DNA of 64,000 nt from Clostridia bacterium (GCA_045652205.1 JAZRTX010000030.1:38433-102432), one strand, 5' to 3'; counted from the first letter of the stretch, positions 18,922 through 28,934 are shown. Notes: generated from the letters alone by a model not told the origin. Made by a program: numbers and translations.

Positions 18922-20880
18922 TTATTCTTCAGTTGTTTCTTCAACTGCTTCTTCAGCTTCTTCGTTTGCTTCTTCTTCAGGAAGAAGTGCTTTAATTGAA
19001 AGGCTGATGCGTTTTTCAGTAGGATCAACGTTTAAAACAAGAGCTTCAATTTCCTGACCAACCTTAACTGCTTCGTCAGCTTTTGTAACGAATTTGTTGG
19101 AAAGCTCGGAAATATGAACAAGACCGTCAATACCGGGTTCTAATGCAACGAATGCACCAAATGCAGTAAGGCGAACAACTGTACCCTTAACAACACTATC
19201 TACTGCATACTTTTCTTCTGCATTATCCCAAGGCTTTGGCTGAAGCTGTTTGTAGCCTAATGAAATTCTTTCCTTTTCCCTGTCCAGCGCAAGAATAACA
19301 ACCTGAATTTCATCGTTTACTTTAAGAACGTCTTCGGGCTTATTGATGCGATACCAAGCGATATCACCAACGTGAATAAGACCGTCAACTCCGCCAAGGT
19401 CAACGAATGCGCCGAAATCGGTAAGTCTGCGAACGATACCTGTTACGGTTTCGCCTTCTGCTAACTTGCCCCATGCTGCATCAAGTGCTGCCTGGCGTTC
19501 TTCCTGAACGATAGCGCCGTGTGTTGCAACTACCTTGCGGTGTTTTGCATCAATATCAATAGCACGTACGCGTAAGGTCTGACCAACGTAACGGTCAACG
19601 TCCTTTGCAAAGCCGTTTGCCCTGATCTGTGAACGGGGAATAAATACTCTTACACCGTCATAATCAGCGGTTAAACCGCCTTTCACTGCTTCTTTAACTG
19701 TAACTTCAAAGATCTCGCCGTTTGAAATTGACTGCAGGGTCTTATCTGCCTCAAGACGTGCAATAACCTTTTTTCTTGAGAGAATAACATTACCGTTGCC
19801 ATCGTTTACCTTGATTACTTCTACTTCAATCTCGTCTCCCTCTTTGAAGAGTGTTTTAGGATCTTCGGCACCGGAGGCTGTTAATTCCTCTTTGGTAATC
19901 AAGCCATCTGCTTTATACCCGATATCTACGCTTACTTCATCTTCCTTAGCGTAAATAACCTTACCCGTAATAATCTGTCCGGGACGGATTTTTACCATAG
20001 TCTTGTTCATTTCTTCTTCAAAACTAAGGTTTTGTGCAAAAACTTCATTTTCGCTCATTTTATCCACAACCTCCTTTATTAACCACTCCGGCGTGGATGC
20101 ACCGGCGGTTATCCCTATGATATCGTTTTTATGTATTTTTATGGTTGAAGCATCCATTGGTGTTTCAACCCCATAGGTTCTTTTGCAAAATTCACTGCAT
20201 ATCTTTTTAAGCTTTGCAGTGTTGGAGCTTTGTTTGCCCCCTATTACCACCATAATATCGGCTTTTTTGGCAATTTCCATAGCCTCACTTTGCCGTTGGC
20301 TTGTAGCATCGCAAATAGTTGAATAAACTTGTGTTTTATTAGGATATTTTTCCTTTAAAACTTCAATTATATCTTCATAAAGCTGATGCCTTGTAGTTGT
20401 TTGCGCAACTACACATACTTGTTTTTCTGTTTCAGGAAGCAGTTTTGCTTCTTCTTGGGAATTTACAACGTGCCCCTGATTTTCGGCATAACCGTTAATA
20501 CCGATAACCTCAGGGTGTTCTTTTTCGCCAATAATAACGATAAAATCCCCCTGATTAAAGGCTTTTTCAACAATTTTTTGAATACGCGCAACAAAAGGAC
20601 ATGTAGCATCAACAACAGTAATGTTTTTGCTTGTTAATTCTTTTATTGCACTTTTAGGCGCGCCGTGGCTACGGATAATAACTGCTCCTTCGTTTATATC
20701 TTTTGCACTGTTTATAGGATAAACACCGTTATCCTTAAACTTTTTTACTACCTGTGGATTATGGATAATTTCGCCTAACGTATAAAGTTTAACGTGCTTA
20801 CCCATATTATTTTCAACGGTTTCAACTGCTTTTTTTACACCAAAGCAGAAGCCCGCACTTTTTGCAATAATAAATTCCAT
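18922..20880 (-). CDS. ispH: 4-hydroxy-3-methylbut-2-enyl diphosphate reductase fused to four ribosomal-protein-S1 (S1/OB) repeats
   Basis: 652 aa. The N-terminal ~280 aa are LytB/IspH (AKSAGFCFGVKKAV, conserved Cys residues). The C-terminal ~370 aa contain four S1 repeats (G.V..L..FGAFV.L). Confidence 0.92.
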   Translation of the reverse strand: MEFIIAKSAGFCFGVKKAVETVENNMGKHVKLYTLGEIIHNPQVVKKFKDNGVYPINSAKDINEGAVIIRSHGAPKSAIKELTSKNITVVDATCPFVARIQKIVEKAFNQGDFIVIIGEKEHPEVIGINGYAENQGHVVNSQEEAKLLPETEKQVCVVAQTTTRHQLYEDIIEVLKEKYPNKTQVYSTICDATSQRQSEAMEIAKKADIMVVIGGKQSSNTAKLKKICSEFCKRTYGVETPMDASTIKIHKNDIIGITAGASTPEWLIKEVVDKMSENEVFAQNLSFEEEMNKTMVKIRPGQIITGKVIYAKEDEVSVDIGYKADGLITKEELTASGAEDPKTLFKEGDEIEVEVIKVNDGNGNVILSRKKVIARLEADKTLQSISNGEIFEVTVKEAVKGGLTADYDGVRVFIPRSQIRANGFAKDVDRYVGQTLRVRAIDIDAKHRKVVATHGAIVQEERQAALDAAWGKLAEGETVTGIVRRLTDFGAFVDLGGVDGLIHVGDIAWYRINKPEDVLKVNDEIQVVILALDREKERISLGYKQLQPKPWDNAEEKYAVDSVVKGTVVRLTAFGAFVALEPGIDGLVHISELSNKFVTKADEAVKVGQEIEALVLNVDPTEKRISLSIKALLPEEEANEEAEEAVEETTEE

Positions 20881-21464
20881 TACTTGTTACCTAATAATGA
20901 GTTAAGTTCTTCCGTTGCTTTTTCAGTAAATTCCTGTAAAACCTGTGAATTAGGTTTTTTATCCTGAAATTTACTTAAATCCATAGGCTTGCCTATAATT
21001 AAGACGTTCTTTTTGAAAAAACGTGGTTTTTCTTTAAACATCATCGGCACAACGGTTGCCCCTGTTTTTAAGGCTATCATACCAACGCCTGTGTGCATAT
21101 CATTAAGTAAAACTTGGGGTGAATCTTTTCTTGTACCCTGTGGGAATATCATTAAATTATCGTTTTCGTTTAACTTTGAACAGGCATACTTAATGCTTTT
21201 AAGATCAATACTTTGCCTGTCAATAGGAAACGCCCCTACTTTTTTTAACGCCCAGCCAACAAGTTTTATTTTAAAAACTTCCTTTTTAGCCATAAAAAAG
21301 GTGTTAAGTGGCAGGTGGGCAAGCAAAACAACAATATCGCAGATGCTTTGATGATTACAGATATAAAGGGTTTTATTGCTTTTAATATTTTCTTTACCGT
21401 ATATTTTGCAAGGAATAAACGGCCTTAAAACCGTAACGATAAAATATGCGATACGCCTTAACAT
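20880..21464 (-). CDS. plsC: 1-acyl-sn-glycerol-3-phosphate acyltransferase
   Basis: 194 aa with the HX4D motif NHQSICD and FPQGTR. Confidence 0.88.
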   Translation of the reverse strand: MLRRIAYFIVTVLRPFIPCKIYGKENIKSNKTLYICNHQSICDIVVLLAHLPLNTFFMAKKEVFKIKLVGWALKKVGAFPIDRQSIDLKSIKYACSKLNENDNLMIFPQGTRKDSPQVLLNDMHTGVGMIALKTGATVVPMMFKEKPRFFKKNVLIIGKPMDLSKFQDKKPNSQVLQEFTEKATEELNSLLGNK

Positions 21465-22121
21465 TTATTTACCCTCAATAACGTTTTCAACAAAAGCGAT
21501 AACTTCGTCAACGCTCATAAAAGTACTGTCAACTAAAACTGCATCTTCGGCTTGTTTAAGGGGTGCAAATTCCCTGTGGGAATCGTTATAATCCCTTTGT
21601 TCAATTTCTTTTTGAATTTGTTGAACGTCAACTACTTGACCTTTTTCAGCCAATTCTTTTGCGCGCCTTTTTGCTCTTTCAGAAGAATCAGCGGTAAGGA
21701 AAAATTTAAAATCTGCATCGGGAAGCACAAAAGTACCAATATCCCTGCCATCTAAAATGCAATGGTTTTTTCTGGCAGTTTCCTGTTGCATTTTTACTAA
21801 AAATACTCTAACAGGTTGCAGAGCAGAAAAATCTGATGCAGCTTTTGAAACTGCGTTTTCACGAATTCTTAAAGAAACGTCTTTCCCTGCAAGGTACATT
21901 TTTTGCATACCGTCTTCATATTTAACTACAAGGTCAATATTTTTAAGGGCTTCTTCAACCTTATCTTTTTGTTCAACAGTTATACCGTTATCAAGCATAT
22001 GTAACGCAACTGCGCGGTACATTGCCCCTGTATCAAGGTACATTATATCAAGTTTTTTGGCTAATGCCTTTGCAACTGTGCTTTTGCCTGCGCCTGCAGG
22101 GCCGTCAAGTGCTATCTTCAT
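21465..22121 (-). CDS. cmk: cytidylate kinase
   Basis: 218 aa with the P-loop DGPAGAGKST and the usual cmk-plsC-ispH/S1 order. Confidence 0.93.
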   Translation of the reverse strand: MKIALDGPAGAGKSTVAKALAKKLDIMYLDTGAMYRAVALHMLDNGITVEQKDKVEEALKNIDLVVKYEDGMQKMYLAGKDVSLRIRENAVSKAASDFSALQPVRVFLVKMQQETARKNHCILDGRDIGTFVLPDADFKFFLTADSSERAKRRAKELAEKGQVVDVQQIQKEIEQRDYNDSHREFAPLKQAEDAVLVDSTFMSVDEVIAFVENVIEGK

Positions 22122-22131
22122 ATAATCACTC

Positions 22132-23349
22132 CTACACGTTTTCGCCTGCTAAATATCCTGTGGATAACGCAAGCTGAATATTAAATCCGCCTGTTACGGC
22201 ATCAATATCAACCATTTCACCTGCAAAATACAGGTCTTTTATGATTTTGCTTTCCATAGTGGAAGGGTCAATTTCTTTAACGTTTACGCCACCGCGGGTA
22301 ATAATGGCTTCATTTATTGGGCGTAAGCCGTTAACTGAAATATTAAGCCCTTTTAGTGTTTTAACTATTCTTTGGCGTTCTTCCTGTTTTAACTGATTGA
22401 TGCATTTATTTTCATCAACCTGACTGTTTAATAAAACCGCAGAAATAAGCCGTGAAGGAAGCAGTTTTACCATAGCATTTTTAAGGGTTTTATTGCCTGC
22501 TTCTTTAAAATCACGTAAAATGCGTTGATCAAGCTGTTCAAAAGTGAGACCTGGCTTTAAATCAACTGTAATTTTTAATTTGGAAAAATCGTACTGTTTA
22601 AGCTTGGAACTTAAAGTAAGCACCAAAGGACCTGATATACCAAAGTGGGTAAAAAGCATTTCACCTAATTCCTGATATAAAAGTCTGCCGTTATATTCAG
22701 CTTTAAGGGTTACGTTTTTAAGGGAAAGCCCCTGTAAATCCTTAACCCATTGTTCGCTTGTGGTAAAAGGGATAAGTGATGGAATAAAATCTTCCACCTT
22801 ATGCCCTAAATTTTCAATATTAGATTTCCACGCCCCGTCTGAGCCCGTAGAAATATACGATGCGCCACCTAAGGCTAATATAACTTTGTCGCAAGAATAT
22901 ACCCTGCCGTTATATTTTATGCCTGTTACCTTATTTTCATTTACAATGACGTCTTCAAACTTAGTGTTTAAAAGTATTTTTGCCCCTGAATTTTTTAAAT
23001 ATTTTTCAAAGGCTTTAATGATATCACTTGATTTATCGCTTACGGGAAACACCCTTTGTCCCCTTTCGGTTTTTAAGGGTGTTCCGTTATTTGCGATTAA
23101 ATCCATTACGTTTTCGGGGGTAAAAGTATATATTGCAGAATAACAAAAGCTTGAATTTTTTGAGATATTTTCAAAAAAATCTTCAATATCGCAGGCGTGT
23201 GTAACGTTACATCTGCCCTTACCTGTTATAAACAGTTTTTTAAAAAGCTTTTCGTTTTTTTCAATTAAGGTTACGTCATGCCCCTTATAAGATGCCTGCG
23301 CCGCCGCAAGAACACCTGCAGGTCCGCCGCCTACAACATATATTTTCAT
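22132..23349 (-). CDS. NAD(P)/FAD-dependent oxidoreductase, HI0933/YhiN-like flavoprotein
   Basis: 405 aa starting MKIYVVGGGPAG, with KGRCNVT and a C-terminal FAGE..D.....GG motif. Ends in TAG. Confidence 0.8.
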   Translation of the reverse strand: MKIYVVGGGPAGVLAAAQASYKGHDVTLIEKNEKLFKKLFITGKGRCNVTHACDIEDFFENISKNSSFCYSAIYTFTPENVMDLIANNGTPLKTERGQRVFPVSDKSSDIIKAFEKYLKNSGAKILLNTKFEDVIVNENKVTGIKYNGRVYSCDKVILALGGASYISTGSDGAWKSNIENLGHKVEDFIPSLIPFTTSEQWVKDLQGLSLKNVTLKAEYNGRLLYQELGEMLFTHFGISGPLVLTLSSKLKQYDFSKLKITVDLKPGLTFEQLDQRILRDFKEAGNKTLKNAMVKLLPSRLISAVLLNSQVDENKCINQLKQEERQRIVKTLKGLNISVNGLRPINEAIITRGGVNVKEIDPSTMESKIIKDLYFAGEMVDIDAVTGGFNIQLALSTGYLAGENV

Positions 23350-23374
23350 CTTTTATCCCTTTTAAAAATTAGGT

Positions 23375-24769
23375 TTATAAAATTTCGCTTACGCTAACCT
23401 GAATGTTAAGGTCTTTTTTGCCTTCTTTGGCTTCTTTTCTTGCCTTAAAGAAGTTCATGGCAACCTGTGGGAAGAGCGCATAAGAAAGTACGTCTTCTTC
23501 CTGTTCAAGATATTCAGTAATTTCAGCCTTTAAGGATTCATATTCAGGCTTTAAGTTATCAGCAGGTCTGCCTGTAATAACAGGTGTATCACCAATGCAC
23601 TTTTTACGAACGTCCTCATTAACGGGAGCAGGAAGCTGACCGTATTCGCCGGCTAAAAGACCTTTTGATTCCTTGGTAACCATCTTGTATCTTTCACCTG
23701 TTAAGATGTTTAATACTGCCTGTGTACCAACAATCTGGCTTGTAGGTGTAACAAGGGGTGGATAACCAAAGTCCTTACGAACGTTAGGAACTTCTGCCAA
23801 GCAATCGTAGAGTTTATCTTCCTTACCTGCTTCTTTTAATTGTGAAAGAAGGTTTGAGAACATTCCGCCGGGAACCTGATATAAAAGAGTGTTGATATTA
23901 ACAGCTAAAACCTTGGGATCAAGAATCTTATCGTTTGTTAAGCGCTGTGCAACCTTTTTAAAGTGGTTGCTTGCTTCAACAAGCTTATCAAGTTCTAAGC
24001 CTGTATCATACTCTGTTCCTTTAAGTGTTGCAACCAAGGATTCAGTTGTAGGCTGGCTTGTTCCGTTTGCAAGGGGTGAAAGTGCAGTATCTACAATATC
24101 TACACCTGCTTCAATAGCCTTTAAGATTGTCATATCACCGGTACCTGACGTGTTGTGGGTATGAAGGTGAATAGGACATTTAACTGCTTCTTTTAATTTT
24201 GAAACAAGTTCATAAGCATCGTATGGAAGAAGAAGGTTTGCCATATCCTTAATACAAATGATATCAGCACCTAACTGTTCCATTTCCTTTGCTAAATTAA
24301 CAAAGTAATTGATATCGTGAACAGGGCTTGTGGTATAGCTCATAGCAAGTTCGGCAATACCGCCGTACTTCTTTGTGCTTTTTGCAGCCTGCTCCATATT
24401 TCTTAAATCGTTTAAAGCATCAAAGATACGAATAATTTCAATACCGTTTTCAATACTTTTCTGAACGAATTTATCAACAACGTCATCAGCATAGTGGCGA
24501 TAGCCTAAAATGTTCTGACCGCGAAGAAGCATCTGTAATTTTGTGTTGGGAAGTGCTTTCTTTAATTTGCGTAATCTATCCCATGGATCTTCGTTTAAAA
24601 AGCGAAGACATGAATCAAAGGTTGCGCCGCCCCAAGCTTCTAAAGAATGGTAGCCGATGCTATCCAAAACTTCACAAGCGGGAAGCATTTCTTCAATACG
24701 CATACGTGTTGCCGCTTGTGATTGGTGGGCATCACGCAATATGGTATCTGTAATTAAAACTTTTGCCAT
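23375..24769 (-). CDS. oadA: biotin-dependent decarboxylase carboxyltransferase (alpha) subunit, oxaloacetate-decarboxylase / 5S-transcarboxylase type
   Basis: 464 aa with an HMGL-like domain (ITDTILRDAHQS, HLHTHNTSG). There is no C-terminal biotinyl domain; BCCP is encoded separately. Confidence 0.85.
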   Translation of the reverse strand: MAKVLITDTILRDAHQSQAATRMRIEEMLPACEVLDSIGYHSLEAWGGATFDSCLRFLNEDPWDRLRKLKKALPNTKLQMLLRGQNILGYRHYADDVVDKFVQKSIENGIEIIRIFDALNDLRNMEQAAKSTKKYGGIAELAMSYTTSPVHDINYFVNLAKEMEQLGADIICIKDMANLLLPYDAYELVSKLKEAVKCPIHLHTHNTSGTGDMTILKAIEAGVDIVDTALSPLANGTSQPTTESLVATLKGTEYDTGLELDKLVEASNHFKKVAQRLTNDKILDPKVLAVNINTLLYQVPGGMFSNLLSQLKEAGKEDKLYDCLAEVPNVRKDFGYPPLVTPTSQIVGTQAVLNILTGERYKMVTKESKGLLAGEYGQLPAPVNEDVRKKCIGDTPVITGRPADNLKPEYESLKAEITEYLEQEEDVLSYALFPQVAMNFFKARKEAKEGKKDLNIQVSVSEIL

Positions 24770-24784
24770 TATTTTTTTCCTCCA

Positions 24785-26038
24785 TTAACCGTAAATAGCA
24801 AGAAGCACGCCTGCTGCAACTGCTGAACCGATAACGCCTGCTACGTTGGGGCCCATTGCGTGCATCAAAAGGAAGTTCTTGGGGTTTGCCTTCTGACCTT
24901 CAACCTGTGAAACACGTGCTGCCATAGGTACTGCGGAAACGCCTGCAGAACCGATAAGGGGATTGATTTTTCCGCCTGTAAGCCAGCACATTACTTTACC
25001 TAAAAGCACACCGCTTGCAGTAGCAACGCCAAATGCAAACAAGCCCATAAGAATGATGAGAACTGTCCAGATATTAAGGAAGCTTTCACCAACTGCCGTT
25101 GCGCCAACAGTTGTACCAAGGAAAATTGTTACGATATTACAAAGTTCATTCTGAACTGTTTTGCTTAAACGTTCCGTTACACCGCACACTCTTAAAAGAT
25201 TACCGAACATCAATGAGCCGATAAGCGGTGCAGTTGAAGGAAGAATAAGAATAATTATCGCTGCTGTTGCTATTGGGAAAATAACAAGTTCGCGCTTAGA
25301 AACAGGACGAAGCTGTTCCATAACGATTTCCCTTTCCTTCTTTGTGGTAAGAAGACGCATAATAGGCGGCTGAATAATAGGAACAAGTGCCATATATGAA
25401 TATGCAGCAACTGCAATAGCCGCAAGTCTATGCGGTGCAAGAATACTTGTTACCAAAATAGCGGTAGGACCATCAGCACCGCCGATAATGCCGATACTTG
25501 CAGCTTCTTCACCTGTAAAGCCAAGAACACCTGCTAAAATAAAGGTAACGAATATACCAACCTGTGCAGCTGCACCTAAAAGAAGACTTTTAGGGTTAGC
25601 AATTAAGGGTGAGAAATCAGTCATAGCACCAACGCCCATAAAGATAAGGCAAGGATAGATGCCTAATTTAACACCTAAGTATAAATAGTCAAAAAGACCT
25701 GCTTTAACGATTGTGCCGTCTTCCATAGCCATACCAACACCGTTAAAGGCTTCCCAATGAACGTGACCTTCAGCAAAGCAGGCTGAGTTAAAAATTTCAC
25801 CGCCGCCGATATTTGCTAAAAGCATACCTGTTGCAATAGGAACAAGTAATAAAGGCTCAAACTTTTTACCGATTGCAAGGTAAAGAAGAACGCAGGCAAT
25901 AATAACCATTACAAGCGTTTGCCAGCCTGTTCCTAAAAAATCTGAGAAAATATCGTAAATTCTGCTTGATTCCCAAAGATTTTTAAGAATATCAAGCACG
26001 TTTACGCTATTTCCTTGTGATAAAATAGCGTAATCCAT
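24785..26038 (-). CDS. oadB: Na+-translocating decarboxylase beta subunit
   Basis: 417 aa, polytopic membrane protein of the OadB/GcdB/MmdB type. Confidence 0.88.
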   Translation of the reverse strand: MDYAILSQGNSVNVLDILKNLWESSRIYDIFSDFLGTGWQTLVMVIIACVLLYLAIGKKFEPLLLVPIATGMLLANIGGGEIFNSACFAEGHVHWEAFNGVGMAMEDGTIVKAGLFDYLYLGVKLGIYPCLIFMGVGAMTDFSPLIANPKSLLLGAAAQVGIFVTFILAGVLGFTGEEAASIGIIGGADGPTAILVTSILAPHRLAAIAVAAYSYMALVPIIQPPIMRLLTTKKEREIVMEQLRPVSKRELVIFPIATAAIIILILPSTAPLIGSLMFGNLLRVCGVTERLSKTVQNELCNIVTIFLGTTVGATAVGESFLNIWTVLIILMGLFAFGVATASGVLLGKVMCWLTGGKINPLIGSAGVSAVPMAARVSQVEGQKANPKNFLLMHAMGPNVAGVIGSAVAAGVLLAIYG

Positions 26039-26052
26039 AGTAGCCCCCCTGA

Positions 26053-26409
26053 TTATTCAAGGCCAACAAGGATATCACCGGTATTAACTGTTGAACCCTT
26101 TGTAACTACTGATTTAACTGTGCCATCCTGAGGTGCAAGGATTTCGTTTTCCATCTTCATAGCTTCAAGAACACAAAGAACGTCACCCTTTTTAACAGCA
26201 GAACCAACCTGAACCTTAACATCTAAAATAGTGCCGGGCATAGGTGATTCAACGTTTACTGCACCGCCTGTAACTGCAGGTGCAGGAGCAGGAGCTTCAA
26301 CTTTTGGTGCTTCAGCCTTGGGAGCTTCTTTTACAGGTGCTGCTGCGCCTGTTTCTTCAATCTCAACAACATATATTTTTCCGTTTACATTTACATTAAA
26401 TTTGCGCAT
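26053..26409 (-). CDS. biotin carboxyl carrier protein of the decarboxylase
   Basis: 118 aa with an Ala/Pro-rich linker and the biotinylation motif EAMKMENEI. Confidence 0.9.
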   Translation of the reverse strand: MRKFNVNVNGKIYVVEIEETGAAAPVKEAPKAEAPKVEAPAPAPAVTGGAVNVESPMPGTILDVKVQVGSAVKKGDVLCVLEAMKMENEILAPQDGTVKSVVTKGSTVNTGDILVGLE

Positions 26410-26429
26410 TTTTATTTTTCTCCTTTTAA

Positions 26430-26774
26430 TTAACCTTTTTTAATTGATTTGATTTTAAAGTTAGCATTACCTGTTGCACAAGTAATCGCAGCTGAAACGG
26501 CTGCTATAAAATCGCCGTCATCCTGTGCTTTATCTGCTTCAGGAACTTCAGCCATAACGCCTGCGGAAATTCGTTTTTCTTCAACAGGGTTTGCTTTTTG
26601 TTGTGTTTTTTCAACAGGAGTTTGTTTATCTTTTAACATTACGTGCAAGCTTTCAATAAGCACGATTAAAATTACAAGCACAGCAAATACAACAAGGACA
26701 CCTATTGCAGTATATTTAAGTGAATCCACAAGCTGAAGCTGTGTTCCTGCTAATAATTGAAACGTTGATACCAT
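26430..26774 (-). CDS. OadG-like small membrane subunit
   Basis: 114 aa with a single N-terminal TM helix. First gene of the decarboxylase operon; RBS GAGAGGTGAGAG. Confidence 0.7.
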   Translation of the reverse strand: MVSTFQLLAGTQLQLVDSLKYTAIGVLVVFAVLVILIVLIESLHVMLKDKQTPVEKTQQKANPVEEKRISAGVMAEVPEADKAQDDGDFIAAVSAAITCATGNANFKIKSIKKG

Positions 26775-26821
26775 TTATTCTCTCACCTCTCTATGTAAAA
26801 TAAAAAACGTCTTTTAATTAT

Positions 26822-26875
26822 AATAAAAAAGCACAGCAAAGCGCATTCTTATAGAAAAATTCGCTTAAGCTGTGT
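26822..26875 (-). terminator. long interrupted hairpin plus U-tract, 48 nt upstream of the decarboxylase operon start (leader attenuator or distal rluB terminator)
   Basis: GCACAGC/GCTGTGT and AAGCG/CGCTT stems are followed, on the minus strand, by TTTTTTATT. Confidence 0.55.
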
Positions 26876-27109
26876 ATTTTTTAGAAAAGTAATTTAAATA
26901 AAGACGCTGAGCCTTTATTTTTTTAATTTTATGCAAGTTTGTCTGCTTAATAAAATTGCCCATTTCGGCCCTTTCGTCAAATGCTTTTTCGGCTTGCATA
27001 GAACCTTAAAAAGCATAAATTTTGTTCAAAGATTATCGCACTTTATAATAACATATATTACGTACTTTTGGCAAGCAGTTTTTGGTTATTATTTTGATAT
27101 TTTTCGTAA

Positions 27110-27814
27110 TTATTTGATATTTTCTAAGTATGCTATTTCTTCTTTTGTAAGGTAGCGCCACTGACCAGGCTTTAACCCTGAAAGCACAAGCTCACCGTGG
27201 CGGAAACGTGTAAGGTGAATAACCTTTTTGTTTATGGCTTCAAGCATTTTTCTTACCTGCCTGTTTCTGCCTTCGTGGATAATTACGGAAAGGCTTGTGG
27301 TGTGGTCGGTAATTTCAGTTATCATTACTTTTGCAGGCGCAGTTTTTTGCCCGTCAATAACAACCCCTGATTGAAGTTTTAATACTTCTTCCCTTGAAAC
27401 CTCACCCTGAACAGTGACAAGGTATTCCTTTTCAATTTCAAATTTAGGGTGGGTTAAATGATATGCAACGTCGCCATCGTTTACAAGCAAAATAAGACCT
27501 TCGGTATGATAGTCAAGCCTGCCAACAGGATAAAGGCGCACTTTTTCATCAACAAGATCTAAAACCGTAGTTCTGCCTTCGGGGTCTGAAACGGTACTCA
27601 TAACCTTATCGGGTTTATAAAGCATTATGTAAACCCGCTTAGAAACGGGTTTTATCAAAGAACCATCAAAGGTAACCTTATCGCCATCATTAACTTTAAC
27701 GCCAAGTTCTGTAACGGTTACGCCGTTAATCATTACTCTGCCTTCTAAAATAAGCTGTTCGCTTGCGCGCCTTGAAGCAATACCGCAATCAGCCATATAT
27801 TTTTGCAATCTCAT
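27110..27814 (-). CDS. rluB: 23S rRNA pseudouridine synthase, RsuA/RluB family
   Basis: N-terminal S4 domain (MRLQKYMADCGIASRR) and catalytic motif GRLDYHTEGLILL. Start moved to ATG 27814, preceded by GGGGGAT; the track start is a TTG. Confidence 0.9.
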   Translation of the reverse strand: MRLQKYMADCGIASRRASEQLILEGRVMINGVTVTELGVKVNDGDKVTFDGSLIKPVSKRVYIMLYKPDKVMSTVSDPEGRTTVLDLVDEKVRLYPVGRLDYHTEGLILLVNDGDVAYHLTHPKFEIEKEYLVTVQGEVSREEVLKLQSGVVIDGQKTAPAKVMITEITDHTTSLSVIIHEGRNRQVRKMLEAINKKVIHLTRFRHGELVLSGLKPGQWRYLTKEEIAYLENIK

Positions 27815-27836
27815 TATTTTATCCCCCAAACGAGTC

Positions 27837-28865
27837 TTAATTAAAGAAAAGTGGCGCTTGTTTTACCATTTTATCATCAAGGTAATAATAGGCTTTGCCT
27901 GCGCTTTCCCCTTTTTTAACAGGCGCTTTTATATTTTGCTGAAAATCATAATGCGCTTTTATATATTCGCCTTTTTTTAAAGGGTAAAAAACGTCTTCTT
28001 TTGTTATTATATCACACTTTTGTTTTTTTGCACCAATAATATTTACAGAAGTTATTTTTTTATCTTTTTCTGCTATTTTTACCATAGAATATTCTTTAAA
28101 CGCCTTTTCCATTAAAGAAGCAGAATTATTAAACCAGTTATAGTCGTTAAGCACAACGCAAATAAGTTGCATACCATTTCTTTTTATTGACGAACAAAGG
28201 CATCTGCCTGCTTTTTTAGTATAGCCTGTTTTAATGCCGTTACCGCCCTGAACATCTAAAATTCTGTTTTTATTATAAAGATACCTTGTGCCTGTTTCGC
28301 CATTTATCTGATAAGTTTTTGTTGCAACGATTTCATTAAATAATGGATTATTCATAGCGTAAGCGCAAAGGAAAGCAAGTTCTTTACTTGTAGTATAATG
28401 TCCATCGCTTCTTAGACCGCAGGGGTCGGAAAAGTGAGTGTTTTTTAAGCCTAATTCCTGTGCCTTTAAATTCATCTGATAAATAAATTCTTCTGTGCTT
28501 CCGCTTGTTAATATTGCAAGGGCGTAAGCCGCATCGTTACCGGAAGCCAGCATTAACCCGTAAAGTAAATCCAAGCCTGTTAGTTTTTCGCCTTTTTTTA
28601 AATAAATGGATGAACCCTCAATGCCAACTGCTTCATCAGGAATTGTATATTCTTTTTGTAAATCAAGATTTTCAATAACAAGCATCGCCGTCATAACCTT
28701 TGTGGTGCTTGCCATAGGCATTTTTTGGTTATCATTTACAGAATATAATATTCTGCCCGAAGATTGTTCAACAACAGTATAAGCACTTAAAGATGCGCAC
28801 TTGGGGTTTATATTAAATGCAGAAACACTGATAATTATAAGCATAACTGCCAATAGTTTTTTCAT
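27837..28865 (-). CDS. D-alanyl-D-alanine carboxypeptidase (serine-type, PBP5/DacB-like)
   Basis: 342 aa with a signal peptide and the SxxK (ASTTK), SxN (SGND) and KTG (KTGYT) boxes. Confidence 0.9.
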   Translation of the reverse strand: MKKLLAVMLIIISVSAFNINPKCASLSAYTVVEQSSGRILYSVNDNQKMPMASTTKVMTAMLVIENLDLQKEYTIPDEAVGIEGSSIYLKKGEKLTGLDLLYGLMLASGNDAAYALAILTSGSTEEFIYQMNLKAQELGLKNTHFSDPCGLRSDGHYTTSKELAFLCAYAMNNPLFNEIVATKTYQINGETGTRYLYNKNRILDVQGGNGIKTGYTKKAGRCLCSSIKRNGMQLICVVLNDYNWFNNSASLMEKAFKEYSMVKIAEKDKKITSVNIIGAKKQKCDIITKEDVFYPLKKGEYIKAHYDFQQNIKAPVKKGESAGKAYYYLDDKMVKQAPLFFN

Positions 28866-28934
28866 AAATTTTCACCTTTAAAAAATAAAAAATAGGATAA
28901 AATCCTTTACCCTATTTTGTTTCTTTTTCGTTTT

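Noticed and set aside
26931-27155. 74-aa plus-strand ORF between rluB and the decarboxylase operon
   Set aside because: It has no RBS, overlaps the rluB 3' end on the opposite strand, has a low-complexity hydrophobic/aromatic composition, and lies in the putative leader.
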